57,180 nucleotides of DNA from Octopus bimaculoides (lineage: Eukaryota). The stretch spans positions 142,700,295 to 142,757,474 of the forward strand of contig NC_068983.1 of NCBI RefSeq assembly GCF_001194135.2, in the 5' to 3' direction. Below the pieces are notes generated by a model. That model ran no database searches and was not told where the DNA came from. It saw nothing but the letters and a program-made list of their open reading frames with translations. The position numbers and the translations under genes were made by a program. Position 1 is the first letter of the stretch, and every line of letters begins with the position of its first letter. Shown one piece after another: positions 1 through 11,900 of the stretch.

Positions 1-401
1 GAAACTTCCGTATCCGAAAACGGGCACTCTAGGCAAAAAAAAAAAAATTACAAAACTAAACAAATTTGGGAGAAAATGGGAAGAGGGGCCGAAGTCTTTC
101 TAAAAACTGAAAATAGTGTAAATACAAATGGCAAAATATTTTTGAACAATCGCGACATAAACGCTTCAAATAAACTGATAAAATCAGGTAAAATGTTTTA
201 GAAAAATATTGTTAATGTAAATTATTGTTAGTTTGAACAGGTGGAGAAGAATTACTGATTTTTTTTTTTTATCCGGAGTTTAGAAAAAAAAATAGCATAA
301 ATAAAAGAGCAACAGATTGGAGTGTTATGAAGTAATTTTACGAAGGAAAATGAATTGCTGCGTAAATATTTGAAAAGAATGAATGAAATACTGTTTTATA
401 C

Positions 402-419
402 CGGGTCGAAATCCGCCAT
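402..419 (-). CDS. Candidate first coding exon (MADFDP) of a gene running off the left edge
   Basis: Minus strand reads ccactATGGCGGATTTCGACCCG|gtataa: good start context, phase-0 GT donor, a CCAAT box just upstream and local CpG enrichment. Too short to assign a product. Confidence 0.35.
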
Positions 420-626
420 AGTGGTGATTGGTTGTATTGTCTTTAACCGTGAAGTTAAAACATTTGCATGAAATACATGAAATTGTGGTATAAATGCAAA
501 TAAATTGCTGAAAAATCGTGTTCTATCACGTTTATTTTGTTTTGAATAATGGCGGTTGTCTAGTTACAAGGGGAACAACTCGTACAAAGACAGGAATACT
601 GATTACGATTGATTATCTTCAAATAA

Positions 627-671
627 TTGTTGTTGTTGGCACTCCGTCGCTTACGACGTTGAGGGTTCCAG
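627..671 (-). mobile_element. 3' end of a tRNA-derived SINE with a (CAA)n tail, cut by an assembly gap
   Basis: (TTG)n followed by ggcactccgtcgcttacgacgttgagggttccag, recognised from memory as the terminus of an abundant octopus SINE. Confidence 0.5.
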
Positions 672-771
672 NNNNNNNNNNNNNNNNNNNNNNNNNNNNN
701 NNNNNNNNNNNNNNNNNNNNNNNNNNNNNNNNNNNNNNNNNNNNNNNNNNNNNNNNNNNNNNNNNNNNNNN

Positions 772-1483
772 ATGCATGTATGTATGTACGTAAGTACGTA
801 CGTAACTACGTATGTATGTATTTAAGTCTCTCTCGCTCCTCTCACTCTCGCACCTCTCTTTCTCGCTCCTTTCCCTCTCTCTCTCGCTATGTATACATTT
901 TTATAAATACATGTATATTCACAGACACACACGCGCGCACACACACATACACACACTCTCGCACACACACACATATATATATATACATATATAAATCGAA
1001 GGTAGAACAGAAAAACACAACAAACAGCAGAGAGAAGAGCGAGAGAGAGAGAGAGAGAGAGACGTGCAATAGAGAGAGCATCAAAAGAGAGAGAAGAGCA
1101 AGAAAGAGAGGAGCAAGAGAGAGAGGAGCGAGAGTGAGAGAGAGGGGATAGAGAATGAGAGAGGGGAGATAGAGTGTGAGAGGAGCGATAGGGAGATAGC
1201 AGCAAGAAAGAGACGAGCGAGAGAGAGAGAGAGGAGCGAGAGAGAGAGACAGAACCGAGAGAGAGGGAGGAGCGAGCGAGAGAGAGAGAGAGAGAGGACC
1301 GAGAGAGAGGGAGGAGCGAGAGAGAGAGAGAGGACCGAGAGAGGGGGAGGAGCGAGAGAGAGTGTGGCGCGAGCTCTCGCTCCTCTCTCTCTCTCGCTCT
1401 TATCTCTCTCGCTTTTCTCTCTCTCTCTCGCTCTTATCTCTCTCTCGCTCTTATCTCTCTCTCGCTCTTATCTCTCTCTCGCT

Positions 1484-1514
<31 letters not shown>

Positions 1515-2053
1515 TTCACTCTCTCTCTCTCTCTCACTCTATCTCTGTCTCTCTCTCTCTCTCTCACTGTCTCGCTCTATCTCTGTCTCTTTCTGCCTGT
1601 CCTTCACTCTCTCTCTCGCTCTCTCTCTCACTCTGTCTCTCACTCTGTCTCTCTGTATTTATCTCGCTCTATCTCTGTCTCTCTCTCTCGCTCTCTCTCC
1701 ATATATACGTACGTAGGCACGTACGTACATCCATACATACTGGCCTAGGCAATTACATACATCCATACATACGTACGAAGGTGAGTACGTACATCCATAC
1801 ATACGTACGTAGTTAAGTACGTACATCCATACATAATTAGGTAGGTTGGTGTGTACATCCATACATATGGACGTACATCCATACATACCCGAGAGACATA
1901 GATAAAGAGAGAGAGGGACAGACACAGAGAGAGACAGACACAGAGAGAGACAGACACAGAGAGAGACAGACACAGAGAGAGACAGACACAGAGAGAGACA
2001 GACACAGAGAGAGACAGACACAGAGAGAGACAGACACAGAGAGAGACAGACAC
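772..2053. repeat. Compound microsatellite field: (TACG/TACA)n, (CT)n, (CA)n, (TA)n, (GA)n and an 18-bp tandem repeat
   Basis: Seen directly. The unit gacagacacagagagaga occurs about 7 times at ~1917-2053, and gtacgtacatccatacat recurs several times at 1720-1890. Confidence 0.95.
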
Positions 2054-2809
2054 NNNNNNNNNNNNNNNNNNNNNNNNNNNNNNNNNNNNNNNNNNNNNNN
2101 NNNNNNNNNNNNNNNNNNNNNNNNNNNNNNNNNNNNNNNNNNNNNNNNNNNNNNNNNNNNNNNNNNNNNNNNNNNNNNNNNNNNNNNNNNNNNNNNNNNN
2201 NNNNNNNNNNNNNNNNNNNNNNNNNNNNNNNNNNNNNNNNNNNNNNNNNNNNNNNNNNNNNNNNNNNNNNNNNNNNNNNNNNNNNNNNNNNNNNNNNNNN
2301 NNNNNNNNNNNNNNNNNNNNNNNNNNNNNNNNNNNNNNNNNNNNNNNNNNNNNNNNNNNNNNNNNNNNNNNNNNNNNNNNNNNNNNNNNNNNNNNNNNNN
2401 NNNNNNNNNNNNNNNNNNNNNNNNNNNNNNNNNNNNNNNNNNNNNNNNNNNNNNNNNNNNNNNNNNNNNNNNNNNNNNNNNNNNNNNNNNNNNNNNNNNN
2501 NNNNNNNNNNNNNNNNNNNNNNNNNNNNNNNNNNNNNNNNNNNNNNNNNNNNNNNNNNNNNNNNNNNNNNNNNNNNNNNNNNNNNNNNNNNNNNNNNNNN
2601 NNNNNNNNNNNNNNNNNNNNNNNNNNNNNNNNNNNNNNNNNNNNNNNNNNNNNNNNNNNNNNNNNNNNNNNNNNNNNNNNNNNNNNNNNNNNNNNNNNNN
2701 NNNNNNNNNNNNNNNNNNNNNNNNNNNNNNNNNNNNNNNNNNNNNNNNNNNNNNNNNNNNNNNNNNNNNNNNNNNNNNNNNNNNNNNNNNNNNNNNNNNN
2801 NNNNNNNNN

Positions 2810-2828
2810 TCCCTCTCTCTCTTGCTTT

Positions 2829-2860
<32 letters not shown>

Positions 2861-2915
2861 TTCTCTCTCGCTCTATCTCTCTCGCACTATCTCTCTCTCT
2901 CTCTTCTCTCTCTTG

Positions 2916-2946
<31 letters not shown>

Positions 2947-2960
2947 TGCTCCTCCCCTCC
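2810..2960. repeat. (CT)n microsatellite
   Basis: Direct dinucleotide repeat after the gap. Confidence 0.95.
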
Positions 2961-3153
2961 CTACCACATGATCACTGCCCAGTTCAGGCGTTGTCGTCCT
3001 TTTGGGGCCGCCCGCCTTTGAGGTCGTTCGCATCTGTTCTCTCTTGCCACCCGGTCTGTTATGACTTTTCCATTTTCCTTTTCCTTGTGCTGACTTACTG
3101 CACTCGTCTGATAATCGAAAGACCTTGTTTGTTTTCTTTTATTGTTGTTGTAA

Positions 3154-4630
3154 TCTATATATATAAAAATGAGAATGTGTGTCTGTCTGTCTGTGTGAAT
3201 CCCTAAAACTCGAGAACTACGCAACCAATTTCATTCAAATTTTACACATGCCTTACTTAGGGTTCCAGTTGTGTTTTAGTCGAAAGAAATTTTAACTTCT
3301 TGCAGAGTTCGAGCCCACGGCAACATAATATCTCCTCCACTATTTAAGTATTACGTGTCAAAAGTGAAACAAAAACACTCATGTCNNNNNNNNNNNNNNN
3401 NNNNNNNNNNNNNNNNNNNNNNNNNNNNNNNNNNNNNNNNNNNNNNNNNNNNNNNNNNNNNNNNNNNNNNNNNNNNNNNNNNNNNNNNNNNNNNNNNNNN
3501 NNNNNNNNNNNNNNNNNNNNNNNNNNNNNNNNNNNNNNNNNNNNNNNNNNNNNNNNNNNNNNNNNNNNNNNNNNNNNNNNNNNNNNNNNNNNNNNNNNNN
3601 NNNNNNNNNNNNNNNNNNNNNNNNNNNNNNNNNNNNNNNNNNNNNNNNNNNNNNNNNNNNNNNNNNNNNNNNNNNNNNNNNNNNNNNNNNNNNNNNNNNN
3701 NNNNNNNNNNNNNNNNNNNNNNNNNNNNNNNNNNNNNNNNNNNNNNNNNNNNNNNNNNNNNNNNNNNNNNNNNNNNNNNNNNNNNNNNNNNNNNNNNNNN
3801 NNNNNNNNNNNNNNNNNNNNNNNNNNNNNNNNNNNNNNNNNNNNNNNNNNNNNNNNNNNNNNNNNNNNNNNNNNNNNNNNNNNNNNNNNNNNNNNNNNNN
3901 NNNNNNNNNNNNNNNNNNNNNNNNNNNNNNNNNNNNNNNNNNNNNNNNNNNNNNNNNNNNNNNNNNNNNNNNNNNNNNNNNNNNNNNNNNNNNNNNNNNN
4001 NNNNNNNNNNNNNNNNNNNNNNNNNNNNNNNNNNNNNNNNNNNNNNNNNNNNNNNNNNNNNNNNNNNNNNNNNNNNNNNNNNNNNNNNNNNNNNNNNNNN
4101 NNNNNNNNNNNNNNNNNNNNNNNNNNNNNNNNNNNNNNNNNNNNNNNNNNNNNNNNNNNNNNNNNNNNNNNNNNNNNNNNNNNNNNNNNNNNNNNNNNNN
4201 NNNNNNNNNNNNNNNNNNNNNNNNNNNNNNNNNNNNNNNNNNNNNNNNNNNNNNNNNNNNNNNNNNNNNNNNNNNNNNNNNNNNNNNNNNNNNNNNNNNN
4301 NNNNNNNNNNNNNNNNNNNNNNNNNNNNNNNNNNNNNNNNNNNNNNNNNNNNNNNNNNNNNNATTATTTCGTTGCAGACCTCCTTTGGGTCTTTTTATTA
4401 TCACTACGACACACATAGTCCCCAGTTGGTAACATTGATTTCAAGGCCCTCCTAGATGAGAGACTGGCATTCCACTTAATGTCTATGTTCCATACTGGCA
4501 TGGATTGGAGAGTTATTAATGTAGAAATATGGTATCGTAGCTACTAACAGTTGAGGGTTGCGTAGTCTAGACGGCGTTTTTAGATTTCATTATTCTCTTT
4601 AACCCGGGCAAAGCCGGGTATTTCTGCTAG
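3154..4630 (+). mobile_element. Non-autonomous Helitron-like element spanning a gap
   Basis: 5' end A|TCTATATATATAAAAATGAGAATG followed by (GTCT)n. 3' hairpin ACCCGG-gcaaag-CCGGGT (4602-4619), then CTAG|T (4627-4631). It sits between A and T with no TSD. Joining the two ends across the gap is inferred. Confidence 0.7.
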
Positions 4631-5354
4631 TTGTATAATAATTCTCCCTTTGTTGTATAGCTTAAAGGCGTTTGTCCATTATATAATTCTATTTTGTATG
4701 TTAAATTCGTTCCGATAAGCGAAAGATCCTTTCTGTTGTTTACTTATTTTTTCTTGTATACGTACATCTGTTTGCCTTGCCCAGAGGCTTAATGCATTTA
4801 GCTTAAGTCCCTGGCCCAACCGGTTTTGAGTAGTATCGGAGATAACTGGGCGAAACTACGTAGACATTCCAGACTCCGACTGAAGAGGTAATTGGCTGCG
4901 AATGATCCTTCTATCGTGTTTTGTCCTGTTTGCCGTTGTTACGCTATCGTCCTTTTTTGATTTGAAGAAGATTTGGCTGCTATTTCTAGGAAATGAAGCA
5001 CTTGGTGGAGGTGCATTAATAATTCTGCCAGCTCCAATAACAAGTGCAGGCAATATTCAAGTATTTTGATGGCTTTTTCCCCTTATTAGCTATTATTTAA
5101 TCAACTGAAACAAGTAGAATAGTGTAATTCAAGCATAATAGCAGCCAAATCTTCTTTAAATCAAACTCTACCATCATTTAGAAAATGTGTTACTGAGTGC
5201 TAGCGAAAAATTGTTACAAACACAGATACGCACAGCGTAATTTATCATATAAACAATATATACGTATAAATTACCATTTTTCTGTAATTTTGTCTGTTTC
5301 AAAAGAAAACAAACCAAAAAAACGGATGAAATATGTCAACAAGGGATTAATACC

Positions 5355-5630
5355 ATATACACCGCCACAGTAGTAACTGTATTCAACTGAATAGACGTCA
5401 GTGATTGGTTGAAATTATCTAAATAAGACAATTTTTAACATGAAATAACTTTGAATACAAAATTTTTTATCTGTTCTATAACACAAAATATACAAGTATA
5501 CGAAGTTTGAAAGTGTTTCGGTACCAAAAACACTGCATAAAACATAAATGAAAAATGTTGCCCGTCAAACCAAAAAGATCCATTTTAACCAACCAATGAC
5601 GTGTATTCAGCTGAAGAAAATTACTGCTGC
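5355..5630. mobile_element. MITE/non-autonomous DNA transposon fragment (same family as 7387-7760 and 15874-16191)
   Basis: Shares tggttgaaatta...gacaa(c/t)tttaacatgaaataactt with both copies, and gttctataacacaaaata...aagtttgaaag...cggtacc with 7387-7760. Confidence 0.6.
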
Positions 5631-6449
5631 TGTTTTGCAAACAACAACATCTGGGTCCATACCAATGAAAGAGCCTCTACCTGGTCGCTCAACACGCTAA
5701 AAATAGCAGCCAAAGTATCCCCATACCTAAATCACACGCCCATTGTACGTAATGTCCTAGATTATCCCTAAAAAGACGGTTGGCTGAAGGTTGGAATGTC
5801 TTTGATGATAGATTTACTGTATCAGGGTTGACTTGAGGTTAAATAACAAGAATTTTTTTTTCTTGAAGACGGAAATTTCATTTTTCTTTTTGTCATAAAG
5901 ATTTGGTTGCTCTTTCTAGCAACTCGAGCAACCAGGTAAAGGCTCTCTCGTTGCCTCGTCTCGTTCCCTTCGTCTCCTATTGTTTAGTTGCGAGTTGGAT
6001 CTGATTGAACAGATATGATCAAAGACGTCACAAATGTGACCATTCCGTCTTTCTTCCCAGACATAATGGACTCTACGTGTATATCACAGGATAGAGGTTA
6101 TTCTATTTTGTATATAAAAAAAAGTTTGGCTATTTTTTCTAGCAGGTCATGCTAGGTACCCACTTCCAAAAAGAAAACATCTCCGACGACAAATCGCATC
6201 ACCGCTTCAAAAGAGAAAAAAAAACAAAAAGAGGGAAGAACACATTATATAATGTAGACCTAGGTACCAATATAAGGGAGTGGTAGCGGTATCATTGTCA
6301 TAGTCACCGTTGTAGTTGTTATTTTGCCGAGTGTCAGCCCTGTCACAGAAGGTTTATAATCAAAGGTATTCCAATTATATCTGTATCAAACATTACAATC
6401 TATTGTAGCATGACTGTCTCGGACTGAACAGGGATTCATTTTTTTCAAA

Positions 6450-8560
6450 TAGAAGAATTTAGTAAACAACAAAATAAGAATTTTCAAATTGAGTGATGTC
6501 ATGAAAAGCCTAACCAATTTTCCCACTCAGAACAAAGTGAGGTTCTGATGCCGACATAGTTTCTTGTAGTCATGCAAATGCAATTGCACACTCCAACCTC
6601 CATCAATCCCCAGGAGTTAACTAAATATCAATCAACAGGAAGATTAAAAGCTTATCAAACTTTGAAATTTTTATCTTTCTTTAACTTTCAAACTTACTTG
6701 CAAAAGTTTCATCACCCGCAACGCAGCCACCAGGGTTTTTTTTTTTTCCTATCAGTTTGTCATGCTTACATTTTGTATGGCAATTACGACCACAGTACCA
6801 GGTAAACTTAGTTTCTGTACTTCCTTTAAGGCACTTACTACACACTGCACACTTTTATTCTGATACCTTCCTATACTACTACAGATTGAGAATGAAAGCA
6901 TTTTTTCAGGGCACTTGGAAGACATTCCTCCTTGACTAAGTGGGGCTGTAGCACAGAGGAAAGCATTATTCCAGATGCTGAGAGGCAAACATAAGACAGA
7001 GATAGGGGAACAGATGTCTTGCTGCAGAGGAGATGCATGGTTACCCCATAGAAAGAAAGATCATGATAACAAGGTATCAGGGTGTACTCTCAAAGTATAA
7101 GAAAGAATAGAGATAGAGATTTGGAAAGGGTGGATGAGTAAGTCTGTGAGAATGTGAAAGGAGAGTGAATAGATGATTAGAGATAGGGATAGAGTTAAAA
7201 GTAATCAAAAGTGTGAGCAGAGGTGGAGGTGTGGTTGATGGTGAATATTAGTTTGTGGGTGAACATGAAGGAAATAGGAGTGGGCCAGGAAGGAGGTGAT
7301 AAATGAAAGTACAAAAGCAGAGAGGAAAGCAGCAGTATAATCAGAACATAAGTGGGATCTTGTTCANNNNNNNNNNNNNNNNNNNNNNNNNNNNNNNNNN
7401 NNNNNNGTATTTTCTTAACGAAACACTTTGAAACTTGGGACACTGGTAGAATGTGTCATATAAAACATCTTTTTCTCTTAGTCTTCTTAACAAAAAAACG
7501 TACATCGCAAGTTATTTCATGTTAAAGTTGTCGTATTTCTGTAATTTCAACCAATGACTGACGTCCATTCAGCCGGATATTATTAAGTGCTGACTATGTA
7601 AACAAACGATGCTGACAATTTTTTACATGAAATAAATTCGAATACAAAAATTTTTTTCTGTTCTATAACACAAAATAGATAAGTATACAAAGTTTGAAAG
7701 TCTTTCGGTACCCAAAACACTACATAAAACATTAATGAAAACTGGTGCCCCCGTTTTGAACAAGATCCCATAAGTGAGAAATAGGGAGATGATGTAGTGT
7801 ATGTGTGTGTCATGGGGAGGAGGAGACAGTGTCATAGATGGTGATTAGAAGTATGTAGGGATCTACATAATGAGAGATGTGTATAGAGAGAAGAGGTGAG
7901 TAGTATTGTCAGCAGCAGAAATAAGAGGATATTGAGAATGATAATGAATATGAGAGTGTTAAGAATGAAGTAAGGCAATCATGTGTAGACTGGGAAAAGG
8001 GTGTTTATTGGAAAATAAAGTGGGAAGGAATTATAATGAGAATGCAGGATGGGTGACAAAAGAAAGTGGTTCCAAGGGGATGAAATATATGTAGTTCTGC
8101 TTTCATATAATGCTGAATGAATAATGCCATAGTTAGAAGAGTAATGGAGAGATGGGTATTTGAAAAGCTTGACAGGGACATTTTGGGTGCAGGGGTATAA
8201 ACATAAGTAATATGCTTTTAGGACCTCATTGTTGCCAAGAGAGATGGGTCTTCTCAAGTACAACAAATCACCAATCATCTTAGTCCTTTATTACCTCATC
8301 TGTAAGGCTCAACATCATGTCTTTACAACTTTATCCTATATTCTCCTGGATCTCCCATGAGGTCTATCTACATTTAGCAATCAGAATTCATCACCCCCAC
8401 TCAGCTCAAAACAATATCTGTGTATAGCGATTTCTGGGTTATTTCTCTTCATCAGCACAGAATAAAAGGCAGGGTTCTAGATTCCCTTGTTCGAAAATAT
8501 AAGGACACAGATCATGTATAGCCAACTGGCGACGATGTCTCCTGGGGCTAAATTACAGCA
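6450..8560 (-). mobile_element. Highly decayed LINE remnant, possibly CR1 group, interrupted by a gap and a MITE
   Basis: Purine-rich + strand with broken minus-strand frames reminiscent of LINE ORF2. No intact motif could be read, so family and limits are uncertain. Confidence 0.3.
7387..7760. mobile_element. MITE-family copy
   Basis: Imperfect inverted arms (actttgaaactt.../...aagtttgaaagt), and segments shared with 5355-5630 and 15874-16191. Confidence 0.6.
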
Positions 8561-8699
8561 ACATTTGTCCTAAACCAGGACTGCTATGTTATGTTGGCAA
8601 ACAATCTTTACTCCAAAGTACTGTTGCTGAATATCTCTCATTGTGAGATTTAAAAATAGTAATTTTCTAATTTATAGATCAGTGACTAGTTGTCACTTT

Positions 8700-10555
8700 G
8701 AAAACTATATATTTCGAATGGGAGTTTGGCAGCACCACCTCTAGCCAAACATTTTTGTTGTTTTTTGAAGAATTCTAAGCTGAAGCTTTTTTGTGCGAAG
8801 CCACCATCATTGGGTGGTAATGAATAATTGAAAAATAAAAAGTTATGCAGCGGCTACTGGAGGTCAAGTTCCCCTAGACCCACGTGTGCTGAAGCCAGAG
8901 ATGATAGAGTGAAATGAGGGGTTGATAACCAAGTATTATGATATGATAAAGAAAGAAGGGTCAAACATAAAAATGATCCTGCCAGAGGAGGAAAAAAGGA
9001 AAATGGAAAACAAGACGGTCATATTCAGAACATTTTTGAATGAAAATAGGAGAAGAGCGCCGCAGAAAGAGATAGAAGAAATCTTGGAGGAACAAATAGT
9101 AGAAAGGATAATGTTCTTTACAAGAGGAAGGAAATATGCATTGATAGCAGTAACCTTTGTATCAGAAGAGGAGGCGAAAAAAAACAACAACAGGCTGATA
9201 CAGAAAGAAAAATGGACGTTGATGCCAAACTGTTTGGGCAAAAGAATTGTTAAGATTAGGGTGGAAAGAATCCCACCATCGATAGACCCTGAAACGATAA
9301 TAACCGCAACTTTTAATTCAGAACTAAAGAAGAAAAGCGAAGATCTGAAGATTGGAATGATAAGCCAAACACAACAAGTGAAATGCTAGGGCTACGGACT
9401 AGAGATAATCTGTGCAGTGAGCCTGAAATATTACGATGAAATGCTGGAAACTTTGGAACTACCAAATAAAGAAAAGCTGGAAATAATGTTGGAAGGAAAA
9501 CCCCCCAAAGTGTCATGGATGTGGTGAAAGAGGGTACTTGAGAAGGAAATGCCCTAGAGCAGCAGTGGAAACAGTAGAGGAGAGTGTTCAGGAAGATATA
9601 ATGGTAGAAAAAAGCAGAAACAGAAAACAGAACATGACGGGAATTTTGCAGAGGTGAAAGCCAGAAAAAGAGAGAGAAGGAAGTCACCAACGACAGTGGA
9701 ATTGAAGAAGTGCAAAGCAATGGAAGAGGAAACCCAACCCACAATGAGAAACGGAGTAGATTTACCAGTAAAGGACTTACAAGTACAGTCATTCAGACCA
9801 GTACACATTCAAACACATAGACATGCAAAAGCACACCAGTAATAACAAACAGAAACAAGACAACCTAGAATTACGGAAACCTAAAGTCATAGACACACGG
9901 ACAAAACATGTAGAATTACAGTCAAATGAACACACAGACACACAAACATACAGAGACACAGATACAATCACAAGAAAGCCAAAAACTGCAGAAATATAGC
10001 GAAAAAAGAGTCAACATGCAAAACACATGCAAAAAAGAAAATTATAGTGAGATATAGGACACCCCAAACTTAAAAGATTGCAAAATTGAAAGACATCATG
10101 AGAGACTGAACCTACTGAGGCCGGAGGTTGATGTTGAACCTCGTGCCTCGGTGGTGAATTATGCAGAAGGAGAAGAAGTGGTAAGTTGTTATATTTTTGT
10201 AAAACTGTAACTGAGGAAAACATTTATTTGAATTTTTTATGGAAAAAAAAGGAAAAACAAGTAAATCTTGCAACTGTTGAATGAACAGGTTTCCAAAACG
10301 TTTTTTTTTAAGGTGGAAAGGAAAAGGGAAGTCGCGGTTTCACTTCCAAGTGAGGCTGCAAATTGTTAGTTAAAATGTAAGTTTAAAAAGGGAAAAAAAA
10401 GGATTTCACGGTTTCATTTTGGAGCAGGACCGAGATGACTGTCTCATTTTCATTGAAAGTTAATTAATTTTACATTCATTCCTTCATGTGTTTTTTGTTT
10501 CTGCATGTCTGTGCATGTCCCCTCTGTAATTAGGCCTTGTGCCTGTAATAAGGAA
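8700..10555 (+). mobile_element. Tx1/L1-type LINE derivative with a degenerate ORF1 and 3' tail but no visible ORF2
   Basis: ORF 8922-9389 continues past a stop and frameshift into a CCHC-type knuckle (CHGCGERGYLRRKC, ~9510-9555). It is homologous to the ORF1 pieces at 10745, 30773 and 56924 (TRG motif, P.ylGkR..k motif). No RT motifs were found before the A-rich 3' end. Confidence 0.65.
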
Positions 10556-10559
10556 TTAA

Positions 10560-11380
10560 CTTCTAGCCAAACAATTTTTGCATGGTGATTAATAATTTGC
10601 TGTTACCAAGATTATGTGAGTTCGTTTTGTGTGTTTCCATCTATTATTGTAATATTTTTGTGTGCTGCGTTGTTGTGATTTTTTTTTTTTTGGTGAAGCT
10701 GTCCCTCAGCAGTTTGAGAAGGGATAGCTGAGGCTTATTCAGATGTGAGTGAGTCAGAGGTGTCAATTGTGGAACAGTCATTGTCTGAAGAGGAGCTGAT
10801 AAAAGCAGTGATGAAGATGGACAGAGCTATAAAAGAGAAAAGTTTTGCGAAAGTAACAGAGGTACCAAAGAAAGAGGTAAGCCTCAAAAATTTGAAAAAC
10901 TATGAAAAAATGCTAAAAAAAGGAAGGTGGTGACGTGAAATTGTCATCACCACAAGAAATACTAAGGGAAATGGAAAAAAGGAAGATTGTATACAAGGTC
11001 TATTCTGTCAAGGAGAAAAGGTTAGAGAATGAACAGACGGTCAAAATCAAAAATGTGTTGAGGCCTATCTGGAAAGACACAGTATAATGTCTCTTGCAAG
11101 AGGAAGATACACTATACTGAAGTGTATCTTAAGAATAAGGTAAAAGCGAAGGAAAACTTAGCAAAATCAATGAAAACGGAAAGGGTAATCCTTGTACCCA
11201 CATACCTTGGAAGAACTCCCAAGGTCAGGATGGAGGGAAGCCCCCTGAAATAGACATAGCTTGGGTGGCAGCTGTGCTTCTAGGAAGCAAGAAGGAGGTT
11301 GCCATACTCCAGGCTACAGAAACGGAAGCCACTAATTGGCACAGTAAAATGTTGGAACTTATGATACAGAGTAAAGTGGT
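10560..11380 (+). mobile_element. Tx1/L1-type ORF1 5' fragment (pseudogene)
   Basis: Broken frames read RKIVYKVYSVKEKR, RPIWKD, LVPTYLGR, PEIDIAWVAA, ILQATETEATNW and align with 30773-31258 (RIIYKTYNIEKKR, KPIWSD, LLPIYMGR, PEVDAAWLVA, ILQATVVEEVNW). Confidence 0.7.
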
Positions 11381-11384
11381 TGCT

Positions 11385-11900
11385 CTGGATGTATAGTTGC
11401 TAGAATAAGAACTGGTTGGAGAAAGTTCAGGTAGCTACTACCACTGCTGACAACAAAGATCTTTTCTCTAAGATTGTTAGAATTGCAATGCTGCATAATA
11501 GGGAGACATGGGCCTTGAATGTAGAGGACTTGAGAAGACTGGAAAGTAATGAAGAGAACATACTGAGGTGGATGTGCAATGTATGTGTGCACGAAAGAAT
11601 TAGTACAAAGGTGCTAAGTGTAAAAAATTGAGTAAAAGAGGAATCAGATGTTCTGTTCAAGAAAGAAGACTGTGCTGGTATGGACATGTGATGTGTATAA
11701 ATGAGGTCAGCTGTATAAAGAAGTGCTATTTGCTTAATGTGGCTGAAACCTGTGGACAAAGATGACCTAGGAAGACATGGGATGATGTGGTAAAAGCTGA
11801 CCTCAGGACCCTGGGCCAGACAGATGAGATGACAAAAGACCAGGATCTCTGGTAATATAAAGCCCTCAGAAAAACTCGCCCATCTCAGTAAAACTAAGTT
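11385..11900 (+). mobile_element. RTE-clade LINE fragment (C-terminal RT region)
   Basis: AMLHNRETWALNVEDLRRLESNEENILRWMCNV, later WYGHV and RKTW motifs. Homologous to 35520-36705. Confidence 0.8.

Noticed and set aside
780-2053. Many overlapping ORFs rich in S/L or E/R
   Set aside because: They are translations of microsatellites, not genes.
4845-4905. Hammerhead-like pieces (CGAAAC-palindrome...CTGAAGAG)
   Set aside because: The cleavage triplet is GAC rather than NUH, and neither stem I nor stem II pairs.
4902-5069. Signal-peptide-like 55-aa ORF (MILLSCFVLFAVV...)
   Set aside because: Its hydrophobic character comes partly from the antisense of a repeat (tagaaatagcagccaaatc) that also occurs at ~5140, ~5700 and ~19770.
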